DNA of 64,000 nt from a virus: IMG/VR virus record IMGVR_UViG_3300013125_000002. The stretch is one strand, 5' to 3'. Shown here one piece after another: positions 1-9,638 of the stretch. A model generated the notes under the pieces. That model did not search any database. It was not told where the DNA came from and saw only the letters and a list, made by a program, of their open reading frames with translations. A program made the translations under genes and the position numbers. Numbering within the stretch: the stretch's first letter is position 1; the number at the start of each line of letters is the position of its first letter.

Positions 1-330
1 AGTGCAGTCTTCACCTCAATCACAGCGTCCTTCAGAGCGTTGTGCATGGCCGTGTAGATCTTGCCATCGAACCGCTTTTTCATCTCCTCATAGACCCCAG
101 TGCAGTAGTCAGAGACGAGCTGCTCGAAGCTCACCCGCACCCGCTTCTGAATCTCCTCCGCAAGGTCCTGGCGAAGAGTAATCTTGGTGATTCGACCCCA
201 GCTGTCATGTGCTGTCTGACCGACTGTCTCCTCCACGTACTTCTTGACGGTCTCACCGATCTCCCTGGTGTAGTTCCTCACCTCGAACTTGATATCGTTC
301 TCAAAGTGGTCACGGACGAAGGCTTTGGCG
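1..330 (-). CDS. partial hypothetical protein running off the left edge; start unclear
   Basis: Open minus-strand frame (AKAFVRDHFENDIKFEVRNY...) with coding-like codon usage; absent from the ORF track because it is truncated. Confidence 0.5.
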
Positions 331-802
331 ACCGACCTCCTTTGTGAAGATCAGCTTCCGATCCAACGTTCCATCAGACGTTTCTTCCGTCCGACTTAAC
401 ACCCCTCGCGAGGCCTGCCATTCTCCCGTTCAAGCAAACATTCCGACAACTAATCAAGCCTCAATCCGTTCGGACTTCTCAACGTCCCAGCGGCCGTCCC
501 TTCCTTCACCACCTAGCTCCATTCGCACGTTCTCACCAACACACCACCGCGCCCTTATTCCTATCTAGTGATCTCGCAAACCTGCGCGCCGACAACCAAC
601 CTGTCCGCTACCTCTCGCCCGATCCTATCGCCCTTCGCTATTCCGAGCACTCAGACCGACCTACTGGCATTCTGTCCGTTGCTCGATCACAACCCCGCAC
701 TAGCGAACCTGCCACCATTCCGTCGAACTGGCCCTCCAACAAACCGGCCGACACAGCCTCCTACCTCCAATCGCCCAATCCCGGCCACGTACTCCATCAC
801 CC

Positions 803-834
803 TTATAATACGAATGGCCCCTCCCTCTCGGACA
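803..834 (-). promoter_or_regulatory. putative phage-sigma promoter, copy 1 (TGTCYG-N14-TTCGTATKATA)
   Basis: TGTCC-15 nt-TTCGTATTATAA on the minus strand; same spacing as the copies at 29279 and 61461. Confidence 0.7.
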
Positions 835-1019
835 CCGGACACTACTTCCCCCATCTTTCCTCATCCCCCTGAGAACATGGGTCCTAGCTCAGGCACTGGT
901 TCTAGAACTCAGCCTCGCATAGATGAACAGCATCATTCAGCCGGGATTATCCTGACCGATAGTCCGTCCTACTACACAGTCCCTCCGGGGACCCGCTGAG
1001 AAGGTTCCTTCCCCATTTT

Positions 1020-1290
1020 GATCCCCCCTCATTCATGGGTGGGGGTACCTCCGAGAGGCGACTCAACTTAGACGTGGCTTCCCCTCTCAAACTGGTTCTA
1101 GGTTTCACCAGCTGCTACCCACAATATATTTGACAATTTATCAACGATTTAATTGACCATTTAATCGCATATTGTGTTCTGGTTCTAGATTCGGTCTTAC
1201 GGGGGTCATACACCAAAAATCGCCTACGCCAAGGAAGTCGGTCTGCTAAGGGTGGGGTCTAGCCTCCAGTGTTTGTGCCATGGGGGTCAC
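1020..1290. other. candidate genome terminus / packaging (cos/pac) region
   Basis: Non-coding; G-runs (GGGGGTACC, GGGGGTC); AT-rich nested inverted repeats at 1120-1176; strand composition switches from C-rich to G/T-rich across it. Confidence 0.35.
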
Positions 1291-1904
1291 CACAACATGG
1301 CCTATATCGCTTCTCAGCTGCAATACACGCTACATTGTGGTTCATAGTCGCTAGGACTTAGGGGTAGCTGGGGAGCTGGTTCAACACTCTCACATGGGCA
1401 CTCGCACACGAGGAGGCTTTGGTTCGGGTCACTCATGGGCACATGGGATCTGGTTCGCTTTGAGGGAAGGAGAAGAGGAAGGAAGGAGCTTAGGGACTCC
1501 GGAGCTTCCCTTGTTGGTTGCTTGTGTCCTTTGAATCTTCCCCTGGGCATTACCTCTTGCCTTAGGTCTCTTCCTGCTTGCCTTTTGCGATCTCATTGCG
1601 ACCCTTTTAGGTAGGCTATTGCGAGATCTGAATTGCGTTGTATGTGCTTGATCTTATTGCGAGAATTGGGATGTATGTATGGTAAAGCGAGGGCAGGATC
1701 GGAGTATCGTAAAGCCCTTGAAATGATAGGTATATCGGAGACATTGATCCTCACGTATAGTATGGTGAGAAGCTGTGAGTGATCTGGCTGTGGTGCTTTG
1801 GTGATACAGGGGCTGTATGTAAGATATGTAGTTGGATCTTATTGAAAAGAGAGCGTATAGATGAGGATTCTAGAATCCATAGATCTAGAGCCTGCGTAGC
1901 TCCT

Positions 1905-2282
1905 TCATGGTGTTGTATGCGTGACCAGAACCATGTCATCTGGCTTGAGAGCTTTGAGACAGGTGCTGCATCTCCACTCATCCGGGAGCTTGTCACTGAC
2001 TCTCCCTGGGGCCTTGATTGCCCTGCCTCCATCCTCCTTGTGCCTTGGTATGGGGCTTTGGTGGACTGCTTGCTGCTCACACCTCCAGACCTGGGACCAA
2101 TACCTCAGAGACTTCTCATCCTGTATGCGTAGGGCCTCCTGGTAAGCTGTATAGGCTGCGTTCCCTGGTAAGTGATAGTTCGAGAGCCTCATCTCCTTCT
2201 GGATGGCTTGGAGGGCTTCATCGAGCCGTATGTGGGCTTGGAGAAACTCCGATAGATAGTCATTGTGCGCTGGCTCTGGCAT
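1905..2282 (-). CDS. hypothetical protein
   Basis: ORF with upstream AGAGGA SD. Confidence 0.6.
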   Translation of the reverse strand: MPEPAHNDYLSEFLQAHIRLDEALQAIQKEMRLSNYHLPGNAAYTAYQEALRIQDEKSLRYWSQVWRCEQQAVHQSPIPRHKEDGGRAIKAPGRVSDKLPDEWRCSTCLKALKPDDMVLVTHTTP

Positions 2283-2319
2283 GGGCTTTTCCTCTTTAGG
2301 TATGTAGGATGATGTGAGA

Positions 2320-2526
2320 CTACTTGGTATAGAGGCTGGCCAGGTCAGCTAGCAGCCTCTTGATCACGGGATCACTTGTATAGTGGTCGAGTGTCGGGAG
2401 CAGTGCCTGGGCTCGGCTGACCAAGTTGTCAATATCATTCAGAAGCGGCTCGAGCTGCTGCTGTATGGGTCTTGTGGCCTGTATAGCTGCTGAGGGCTTG
2501 GGCTTTCGGTAGATCTGCTTGCTCAT
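2320..2526 (-). CDS. hypothetical protein
   Basis: ORF coupled to the upstream gene by an ATGA overlap. Confidence 0.6.
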   Translation of the reverse strand: MSKQIYRKPKPSAAIQATRPIQQQLEPLLNDIDNLVSRAQALLPTLDHYTSDPVIKRLLADLASLYTK

Positions 2527-2741
2527 AGCACAGGCTGGAAGCTTGTTCGTATGCCCCAGTGGCTATTGCACCCAGGGCAAGCGTATAGGGACTCGAACTC
2601 GATCCTGTGGACAGTAGGAGTGTATAGGACAGCTCCGGCTGACAAGATCAGCAACTGGCAACAAGGGCACTTGGAGTAGTTGTGGCCTGCGGCCACGTTC
2701 CTGCGGAGTATAGGTCGCTTGGGATTGCCCAGGGTCTTCAT
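2523..2741 (-). CDS. zinc-ribbon hypothetical protein
   Basis: CPCC...CPGC. Confidence 0.6.
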   Translation of the reverse strand: MKTLGNPKRPILRRNVAAGHNYSKCPCCQLLILSAGAVLYTPTVHRIEFESLYACPGCNSHWGIRTSFQPVL

Positions 2742-2914
2742 GATGCTTTGCCTTTGCTCAAAGCCTGTATGGCTTCATCCGGGGACATGGTGGGATTGAT
2801 CTTGCCTTCACTCACGTATCGATCAATGTCCCTATATGTGAGATTGCCAGCTGCGTTCCACAGCTCGAGCCTCCAGATGCAGCTAACGCACTGCGTCTTC
2901 CACGTATGGTTTCT

Positions 2915-3181
2915 TCATGGCAGCTCCCAGTATGTATGGGCTCTTCTGATCTTCATTGCTGGTGTGGTGTGAAGCTTTCGCAGCACAGCGAGCGTTGCTA
3001 TGAAGTCCTCACGTGCAGTGGCGGTTGCCTCAGTCGTTGGAAGCGCTGAGGGATAGTCGATGATCAAAGTCCCAGCTGTTATGGCAGGTGGCGGTTTGAA
3101 GAAGTCCACTCGCGCTTTGAACTTCTCGCACTCAAAGAACAATTCATCATGCTTGATCCAACCAGCTGGCTGTATAGCCAT
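2915..3181 (-). CDS. hypothetical protein
   Basis: ORF in a tightly packed operon. Confidence 0.55.
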   Translation of the reverse strand: MAIQPAGWIKHDELFFECEKFKARVDFFKPPPAITAGTLIIDYPSALPTTEATATAREDFIATLAVLRKLHTTPAMKIRRAHTYWELP

Positions 3182-3184
3182 GAC

Positions 3185-3508
3185 TCATCTGGAGCTGAGG
3201 AGCTGAGAGACAGTGCTAAGGGCCTCTCTCAGCATGCGTAGCGTTCGCTCGGAGTTGGTCTCATCCCACAGCCCCTTGGGTATGGATTCTAGAACTAGTA
3301 TGGCTGTGGTGAGAGCGATCTCCTCGTCCTGGAGCTGCTGTATGTTGCCCTTGAGATCCTTGACGTATGTGGTGCCAAGGATGTGCTCGGACAAAGGATC
3401 ATCCACTTGCTTCTCGAAGTTGTCCAGTATGGCTTGGAGCTTGGGCTGACATTCCTCGATCCTCCGCTCCATGATCCTCAAGCACTCGATGACTCGTTCC
3501 TTTTTCAT
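3185..3508 (-). CDS. coiled-coil hypothetical protein
   Basis: ORF, GGAG SD, overlap with upstream stop. Confidence 0.65.
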   Translation of the reverse strand: MKKERVIECLRIMERRIEECQPKLQAILDNFEKQVDDPLSEHILGTTYVKDLKGNIQQLQDEEIALTTAILVLESIPKGLWDETNSERTLRMLREALSTVSQLLSSR

Positions 3509-3744
3509 AGCGCTAGCTCCGGGACCTCGTGCTCATGCTTCTTGTTCTCTTCGATATACAGCTCCATCAGCTTGCAGGTGAGCTTTGGGATCAGGTCTTT
3601 GGGCAAGCGCAGGCTGTGTGAGGTAGACCCCTGTATTGTCTTCCCTTTTGACCCCATGGTCACATCATCCCTGATGTATGTGATCTTCACCCTGTCTGGA
3701 TCGAATGGATCTTTCTCGACAGTAATGCGCTCACTCGTTGGCAT
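3505..3744 (-). CDS. hypothetical protein (start refined to MPTSER)
   Basis: Avoids a long overlap with 3731..4012. Confidence 0.55.
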   Translation of the reverse strand: MPTSERITVEKDPFDPDRVKITYIRDDVTMGSKGKTIQGSTSHSLRLPKDLIPKLTCKLMELYIEENKKHEHEVPELAL

Positions 3745-4012
3745 CCTGCTCCGCTCCTTGGGGTAGATGTATGTGGTTGAGTCGTGCCATGTCGACCACG
3801 AACTTATAGCCATCCGAGGCCTTGCGTAGGGACAGCACAGCTTCCTTGAAGGACTCGAAGGCAGGACCCTCGTTGGTCTTATTGCCGATGGCCTTTCGCA
3901 GCTCAGAGAGCCGGTAGTCGTGTTGGTCCCAGGCTTGCTGCAGGGCTCGATGTGCATCTCGGTAAGCGCGAGTGATGATGGACTCAGCGGCTGTGGCGGT
4001 TTCAGGTGGCAT
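3731..4012 (-). CDS. hypothetical protein
   Basis: ORF with AGGA SD. Confidence 0.6.
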   Translation of the reverse strand: MPPETATAAESIITRAYRDAHRALQQAWDQHDYRLSELRKAIGNKTNEGPAFESFKEAVLSLRKASDGYKFVVDMARLNHIHLPQGAEQDANE

Positions 4013-4296
4013 GTATGTGATCCTTAGAACATGGGCTGCTCATCCAGAGGGATCTCATTGTGTGACCACACAATACCCTGTTGGTCGACCATGAACAACA
4101 AGATCGTCAAGTCAATTCCCATGGCCTTGTATGGCTTAGCAAACGATCTGAGCTTACTCACGATCAGCATTTCCATTTCATTGGATGTATCGCCCAGCTC
4201 GCCTGTTGCGACCAACGCATCCCAATCGAACTCGAGCAGCAGCTCAAGATGGTGCTTTGCCGGCTGTATGAGGGAAGCTGGATTTGGTGGAAGTGC

Positions 4297-4749
4297 TTAT
4301 TTGAAGCCTTTTGTCTCACACACCTCAATGTGCGAGAGGTGTCTGTTGAAGATCGATTTCAGCTCAGGCTCAAGGTGTTGAGCAACCTTAGGATCTGTTC
4401 CGAACCTCTGTATTGCTGTCTCACACAGGATCATTTGGTTACCCCGAGGCCCAGCTGGGAAACTAACCAAGTATGCGTATGGTGGTACCCCGATCTTTAT
4501 GATCTTTCCCAACCAGCGCTGAGTTTCGGAAATGGTTGCTCGCACATACTCACCCACTTTGTACATGGGCTCAGAGTGGGCTGGTGCTGGTGGTTGGGTC
4601 GACCCCACCCAGAAAGCCCCCTCAGCTCGACGTTTTTGCACTTCCTTGAATGCGATCTTCTTTGCCATCACTCGTGCCATCGCAGAAGCTCTCAGCTTAG
4701 CGATCTCGATCCTCAACAGGAGATTACACTCGGCCACCGTAAAGATCAA
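4297..4749 (-). CDS. hypothetical protein with KOW/SH3-like domain
   Basis: YKVGEYVRA...WLGKIIKIG pattern. Confidence 0.55.
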   Translation of the reverse strand: MIFTVAECNLLLRIEIAKLRASAMARVMAKKIAFKEVQKRRAEGAFWVGSTQPPAPAHSEPMYKVGEYVRATISETQRWLGKIIKIGVPPYAYLVSFPAGPRGNQMILCETAIQRFGTDPKVAQHLEPELKSIFNRHLSHIEVCETKGFK

Positions 4750-4819
4750 CTTTCAAGTCACGTATGGAGCAGTATTCCCCAGCCTTCCTCCGTGCGACGT
4801 ATGCTCGCAGCAATCGCTG

Positions 4820-4993
4820 CTATTTTCCCAAAGTGATCTTAATACGCTGCTTATCTACAGGTCGAGGAAACCGTAGCTGCTCAACAGCAAGCTGGTAGAT
4901 CTGAGTCTCAGTCTTGACGTTGTGTATGTCCGCCCCAGCAACGGCCAGAGCTTCGAGGATGAGCCATGCATCCTCGGCACGAAGTTGCACCAT
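4820..4993 (-). CDS. small hypothetical protein (57 aa, MVQLRAEDAW...ITLGK)
   Basis: ATG preceded by GGAGG; below the ORF-track size cutoff. Confidence 0.55.
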   Translation of the reverse strand: MVQLRAEDAWLILEALAVAGADIHNVKTETQIYQLAVEQLRFPRPVDKQRIKITLGK

Positions 4994-5017
4994 GGGCCAC
5001 CCCCTCCAATCCCCAAC

Positions 5018-5578
5018 TCAAAGTTGCCAATAGGCATTGCGCTTCCTCGCTTCGACCTTCCGTACCCACACCTCATAGAAGTAGTGGATGGATGCTTCCT
5101 CTTCCTTAAGAACCTGCTCGGTTGGGTAGATAGTATTGATCCTACTCAAAGCCAACCCTGCCTTGAGCTTTGCGATCTCGTATTGCTGCTTTTTGGTAGG
5201 CCTTGGAGGTCCTTCCTCTTTGCCAGCGTAGTATATGGGGTCAACACCAAGAGCTACACCTTCCCACCCAGGAACTGGAACACTCGGTCTGTATGGTGAC
5301 CCCAGGATGCGTTGACGTAACTCATTGGCCGACTCTCCATGCCTGCGCGAGACAGGCATGGGTGATGTTGCAGGGGCTGGCTGTATGGGGCCCGCTTTCG
5401 GCTCACCCTTTCGGCTGAGGCGCGAGATGTCAATAGCACGAGCGCTAGGATAGCCATCAATCTGGATTCTGATCTTACCCCACCCAGATTGATAATCCTC
5501 AACCACAGTGGCCATGCACCCGAGGCACATGTTGCCCCCAGTGATCTGGACACGCTCGCCCTTGAGAAAGAGTGGCAT
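5018..5578 (-). CDS. hypothetical protein with N-terminal KOW/SH3-like domain
   Basis: FLKGERVQITGG...GCMATVVED. Confidence 0.65.
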   Translation of the reverse strand: MPLFLKGERVQITGGNMCLGCMATVVEDYQSGWGKIRIQIDGYPSARAIDISRLSRKGEPKAGPIQPAPATSPMPVSRRHGESANELRQRILGSPYRPSVPVPGWEGVALGVDPIYYAGKEEGPPRPTKKQQYEIAKLKAGLALSRINTIYPTEQVLKEEEASIHYFYEVWVRKVEARKRNAYWQL

Positions 5579-6414
5579 CAGCTCGTCTTGCCCTTCACAG
5601 CCCAGTATGCGTCCTGCCTCTCGATCTTTTGCTTTTCAAAACTCGAAGTCAGATCAGTAAGAGGGATCGATTGGGATGGGAACATAGGTAGCACAGCTTC
5701 GATCCCCTGGTCAGCTATTGCACTCAGAATGCGCTTCAGATCTGACTCGCGTATAAGGCACTCTCCTACTTGAGGTCGATCATCACAACTCTTCAGCGTA
5801 CAGAGACATCTTCCTGTCTCATCCCAACTATCTGTAACTTCCCAAACAGTCATCCGAGGGATCGGATAGTGAAACGAGTTTGTATGTGAAGTCGGCTCAC
5901 CAAATGAAAACTCCACTTGGGTTTCATCACCCACAAATCCTGCTCCACGAAGGTACCACCCCTCAGACGCCCACGTGCAACTAGGCAATTCTTGAGTTTC
6001 AAGAGTCATAATGATCAACTTCGCTAAATTAGAAAGATCAGGACAGGGAATATTGAACTGGGACTGGGTAGATCGAACGATCCTCTCAGCAAACCATCCT
6101 GCATCAGGATCACCAGGAAGCCATAATAGGCCAGGAGGCAACGAGTCACCCTTTAGACCACAGGCTACAAGCCACGATGTGAATGTGGAGCGCACAGCAG
6201 CATTAGTCACAACCTGAGAGAACACGGACGCATCAAATGCGATGTGCAGAGTGAGCATCTGGATTGGGCGGCCAAGCCCATCTCCATACAGCTCCCACTC
6301 TGCATTCGTTAGCGAGAAGCCACAGGGCTTCAACTCATCATGAAGCTTCCGATGAACTAGGCTCGTGTTCGCTGCTGGAATTAACACCCATGTCGGGTGT
6401 GACCCCCTGGGCAT
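5578..6414 (-). CDS. hypothetical protein
   Basis: 278 aa ORF, TGATG coupling to the next gene. Confidence 0.65.
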   Translation of the reverse strand: MPRGSHPTWVLIPAANTSLVHRKLHDELKPCGFSLTNAEWELYGDGLGRPIQMLTLHIAFDASVFSQVVTNAAVRSTFTSWLVACGLKGDSLPPGLLWLPGDPDAGWFAERIVRSTQSQFNIPCPDLSNLAKLIIMTLETQELPSCTWASEGWYLRGAGFVGDETQVEFSFGEPTSHTNSFHYPIPRMTVWEVTDSWDETGRCLCTLKSCDDRPQVGECLIRESDLKRILSAIADQGIEAVLPMFPSQSIPLTDLTSSFEKQKIERQDAYWAVKGKTS

Positions 6415-7036
6415 CGCACTCCTCCGCCGTTGTATCGATCACAAGTTCAGGCACAGGATCAGCGGGTGGAGAGAGCTTGGCCTTGAGGATAGCCATGGCC
6501 ACGAGCGCTTGAGCCTCTGGGCTCCAGTGTTCAATGGCATCAGTTCGCACTGTGACATCGACCTTGTGTGGCTCTTTGCTCACGAGCCCAATGTCAGTCA
6601 GCAGTTTGATCTGGTTGTTGCGAGCATTCTGGATCACATCCAAGAACTGCCGACGCTGCACAGAACCCTTGTCAGCATCGTGGTAGTCCTGCCAGGCTCG
6701 CAATTCGACCTCCTCGAATACCGAGAGGCTTTCTCCAATCATCTGGGCGTGCTCAAACCCAGATACCCGACGCTTGTTCTCTTCGCGAATTGCCTCAAGA
6801 TCACGTTTGATGGTCATGTGACCAACGTTGAGGATCTTCGCAATAGAACGGTAGCCCAAACCACGTAGACGTAAGCGGGCGACTTGTTTTCGACGGTCTT
6901 CGATCTCTTCCTTGGACGCTTTTGCAGGTGGCCTGAGCTTGGCGGGTCGGCGTCTTGGGATCAGCACAGGGGGCAAGGGTGTTGTGTTGGCCTGTTGAAC
7001 CATAGCTTTCATTGGAGTTCTGGCCATTTGGAGCAC
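6338..7036 (-). CDS. putative terminase small subunit (HTH protein)
   Basis: RRKQVARLRLRGLGYRSIAKILNVGHMTIKRDL HTH followed by helical oligomerisation region; near TerL. Confidence 0.6.
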   Translation of the reverse strand: MLQMARTPMKAMVQQANTTPLPPVLIPRRRPAKLRPPAKASKEEIEDRRKQVARLRLRGLGYRSIAKILNVGHMTIKRDLEAIREENKRRVSGFEHAQMIGESLSVFEEVELRAWQDYHDADKGSVQRRQFLDVIQNARNNQIKLLTDIGLVSKEPHKVDVTVRTDAIEHWSPEAQALVAMAILKAKLSPPADPVPELVIDTTAEECDAQGVTPDMGVNSSSEHEPSSSEAS

Positions 7037-7069
7037 TACCCTTGCGTTACAGGTGTACCATTAGTTCCA

Positions 7070-7099
7070 GCTATACACGAGTTGGACTTGGTACGTCAA
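7070..7099 (-). promoter_or_regulatory. sigma70-like promoter upstream of putative terS
   Basis: TTGACG-18 nt-TATAGC in an intergenic gap. Confidence 0.5.
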
Positions 7100-7102
7100 G
7101 CG

Positions 7103-7354
7103 TCATGTCGGAGGAAGTGTATGGAATCGACAGGCGATGCTCGATGCCAAACAGTGGATCTCGATCTCTGTGAGCACACTCACGTGGCGAGCACACCACT
7201 CCCCCCGGAAGAATGAACAAGTGCCACAGACCCGACCCTTTGCTTCCTTGATGATCCCTTCTGCTGCCTTTTGTAGAAGAGCCATGAACTTCTTGTGGGC
7301 ATCAGATGCAGGCCCTACGACAAAAGAGGTTTTGCGCGCCATACAGATCACCAC
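7103..7354 (-). CDS. Cys-rich hypothetical protein
   Basis: CGTC...WC...AC pattern. Confidence 0.55.
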   Translation of the reverse strand: MVICMARKTSFVVGPASDAHKKFMALLQKAAEGIIKEAKGRVCGTCSFFRGEWCARHVSVLTEIEIHCLASSIACRFHTLPPT

Positions 7355-7854
7355 GAGAGGTCGTCATCCCCGTGAATCTCGCATGCCTTGGCTTTGCGTA
7401 GTTCCTCCAGCTCAGCCTGAATAGCAGGATCTTCGTAGACACTGCGAGAGAGTGAATCCACTCCTGTGTTCTTCTCCCGTGGGATCCATTTGAATGTGAC
7501 CGACTTGCCGAACTTGCGTACTGCCTGCTTGACCAGACGATTCAGCTCCATGAGCTTCTCGTCATTGACGCTCCACACACCAGAGCACTGATTGACGATC
7601 AATTGCGAGTCCGATTGTACGATGACAGATCGCCTTTGATCTTCTGGCATCTTGAGCATCCACAAAAGCGCAGCGATGACTGCGTAGTACTCACCTTGGT
7701 TGTTGGTGTTGTCAGGATGTCCGTGATTGGCAATCCCAGCAGCTCGATGAATCTCACCCTTCTCTTTGCCGACGCTCTTCACGATGAATGCCCAGGAGAG
7801 AATGCCACCTGGGTTATGTGGCTCGATGGATGAGTCAGTATTGATGATATACAC
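7348..7854 (-). CDS. rnhA: ribonuclease HI
   Basis: NTDSS..NPG, TNNQGEY, SDSQLIVNQ, WIPREKN motifs. Confidence 0.9.
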   Translation of the reverse strand: MYIINTDSSIEPHNPGGILSWAFIVKSVGKEKGEIHRAAGIANHGHPDNTNNQGEYYAVIAALLWMLKMPEDQRRSVIVQSDSQLIVNQCSGVWSVNDEKLMELNRLVKQAVRKFGKSVTFKWIPREKNTGVDSLSRSVYEDPAIQAELEELRKAKACEIHGDDDLSW

Positions 7855-7857
7855 GGG

Positions 7858-8226
7858 CTACCTTGCCTTCCTGACTTCATCCAGAGCTGTTTCGAGGCAG
7901 AGGACCTCCGCTCGAGTCATGTGCTCCTTTGCCTTTGTGGTAATGAGCTTTCTGATTCTTCTCTTCTGCCAGAAAGACAAAGCTATCCTGATTCGGTTGA
8001 TAGTCATGTCAACCTGGTAAAGCTCACCGTGAGGAACGGCACCCAATACCACTGACTTGCAGCTGATCTCCCACTTACTACTGAGATTGCTGCGTATCCC
8101 CTCGTTGCCGGTTGCTTCGATGTCCTTTCCAGCCAGAGCAGTAATGAGATCGTCAATGATCTCTTTAGGAACCCGAGGCTTGTCCACGACCTCAATCTCC
8201 ACCACAGCAGATGTTCTGTAGGGCAT
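7858..8226 (-). CDS. hypothetical protein
   Basis: ORF in operon. Confidence 0.6.
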   Translation of the reverse strand: MPYRTSAVVEIEVVDKPRVPKEIIDDLITALAGKDIEATGNEGIRSNLSSKWEISCKSVVLGAVPHGELYQVDMTINRIRIALSFWQKRRIRKLITTKAKEHMTRAEVLCLETALDEVRKAR

Positions 8227-8229
8227 CGG

Positions 8230-8433
8230 TCACAACCCTCCCTTTGGGAGGTAGGACACACATGCGAGCCACTCCAGCCCGACCTTCTTCTTCCACTTCT
8301 CCAACTCGCACAGGAAGGCAGCGCTATCTCGGTTCCACTGGCATCGGGTGCAGCTGTCGCACGTTCCCTGCACAGGTTTGAGACCGAGCTGAGGTTTCAT
8401 CGTTATTTCGAGCATGGGAATCTCTGTCGGCAT
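8230..8433 (-). CDS. Cys-rich hypothetical protein
   Basis: CDSCTRC...C...C. Confidence 0.55.
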   Translation of the reverse strand: MPTEIPMLEITMKPQLGLKPVQGTCDSCTRCQWNRDSAAFLCELEKWKKKVGLEWLACVSYLPKGGL

Positions 8434-8618
8434 TCATCCACCTTCCATGTCCACTGCATCTTGATCTGAGCAGTACCAATTGCAATCGACCACGCATGTG
8501 GCCAGGTGTCATGCCCCTTGAGCCAGATCGAAACTGCGACACAGGGTATCATGAGATAGTGGCGTCTGCGCCACACCTTCACATACCAAGGTTGGAACTG
8601 GTAGCGTGGATCTCTCAT
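8403..8618 (-). CDS. hypothetical protein
   Basis: ORF with GGAGG SD. Confidence 0.55.
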   Translation of the reverse strand: MRDPRYQFQPWYVKVWRRRHYLMIPCVAVSIWLKGHDTWPHAWSIAIGTAQIKMQWTWKVDECRQRFPCSK

Positions 8619-8621
8619 GTC

Positions 8622-9029
8622 TTAACCCTCCTTGAGGGTCTTCTCTCCTGCTTCAATGATCTTCTTGGCCTGGGCCTCACTCACCACAGTAAGCTTGGGT
8701 GAGTGAATACGCTTGCCGCCACCTCTTTTCTTGAGACGAGCCAGCTTCTCCTTGTTATCAGCCTTCTGCTCTTCCTCATCGATCCCAGGGAAGCGAATTG
8801 GAAAACCACAGTGGCAGATGAAGCAATTGGCATTGATCACATCTTGCTTCTCGATGTTGTGCTCAGCGCAGAACTCGATGATCTTGCCAGAGAACGGAGT
8901 CAGAAAGCAAGGCTGTCCCTTGTGGTTGATGTAGAAAGGGTGCGTGGAATTGCACCTCTTGCAGATCATCGCAAAGAACTCGATCTTGAAGCACTCAGCT
9001 ACCGGAACATTACCGAAGTCGTAGGCCAT
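8622..9029 (-). CDS. zinc-binding hypothetical protein
   Basis: CKRC...CHCG. Confidence 0.65.
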   Translation of the reverse strand: MAYDFGNVPVAECFKIEFFAMICKRCNSTHPFYINHKGQPCFLTPFSGKIIEFCAEHNIEKQDVINANCFICHCGFPIRFPGIDEEEQKADNKEKLARLKKRGGGKRIHSPKLTVVSEAQAKKIIEAGEKTLKEG

Positions 9030-9041
9030 TGTGATCTCCTA

Positions 9042-9638
9042 TCACCACTTGTCAGAACCAATGCTTCCCTCTGGGGCAAAGGCTTCATCCCCAAGGACAA
9101 CGTTGAGAAGCTTGTACTCCAGATCGATGGAGAACTCATTGCCTCCACCCAGAAGTTGAGCTGCCTTCGCCACACGAGCTGATGGAAATGGGTAGACCAC
9201 CAACAACGAACGCTCGAATGTGGGCTCCACTCTTGCCAGGGGAACAATCATGGCCTCAGCCAGAACCCCGAAATCAAGAAGACCCTTATCAACAAGCATG
9301 TTGAACATTCGTGCCATCTCATCGAAGTACTGCTCCGGAATGCTTGTTCCTTCTTTGTGTTGCACCACCTTCGAGAAGAACACGCAAGGACGAATGTGGC
9401 GTTCACCATTCTCCTCGTACTCGATGATCGTATTCTTTTGTGGTGTTTGGTAGATCTTGCGTGCCTTCTCTGACAGTCGTTCTGCAAACTTCGGCACTTT
9501 CCGGATTCCCAACTGCTGTACTTTCTCCATCATCTGTTCCCTATTCAAGATGAGGATCAGAGGCAGTGTCTTGGGGTTCCCAGCAGCATCATCGTCCCTG
9601 ATCAAAGTCATCACTTTACCTGTGCTGTCAAAGTACAT
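9042..9638 (-). CDS. hypothetical protein
   Basis: 198 aa ORF coupled to MazG. Confidence 0.7.
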   Translation of the reverse strand: MYFDSTGKVMTLIRDDDAAGNPKTLPLILILNREQMMEKVQQLGIRKVPKFAERLSEKARKIYQTPQKNTIIEYEENGERHIRPCVFFSKVVQHKEGTSIPEQYFDEMARMFNMLVDKGLLDFGVLAEAMIVPLARVEPTFERSLLVVYPFPSARVAKAAQLLGGGNEFSIDLEYKLLNVVLGDEAFAPEGSIGSDKW

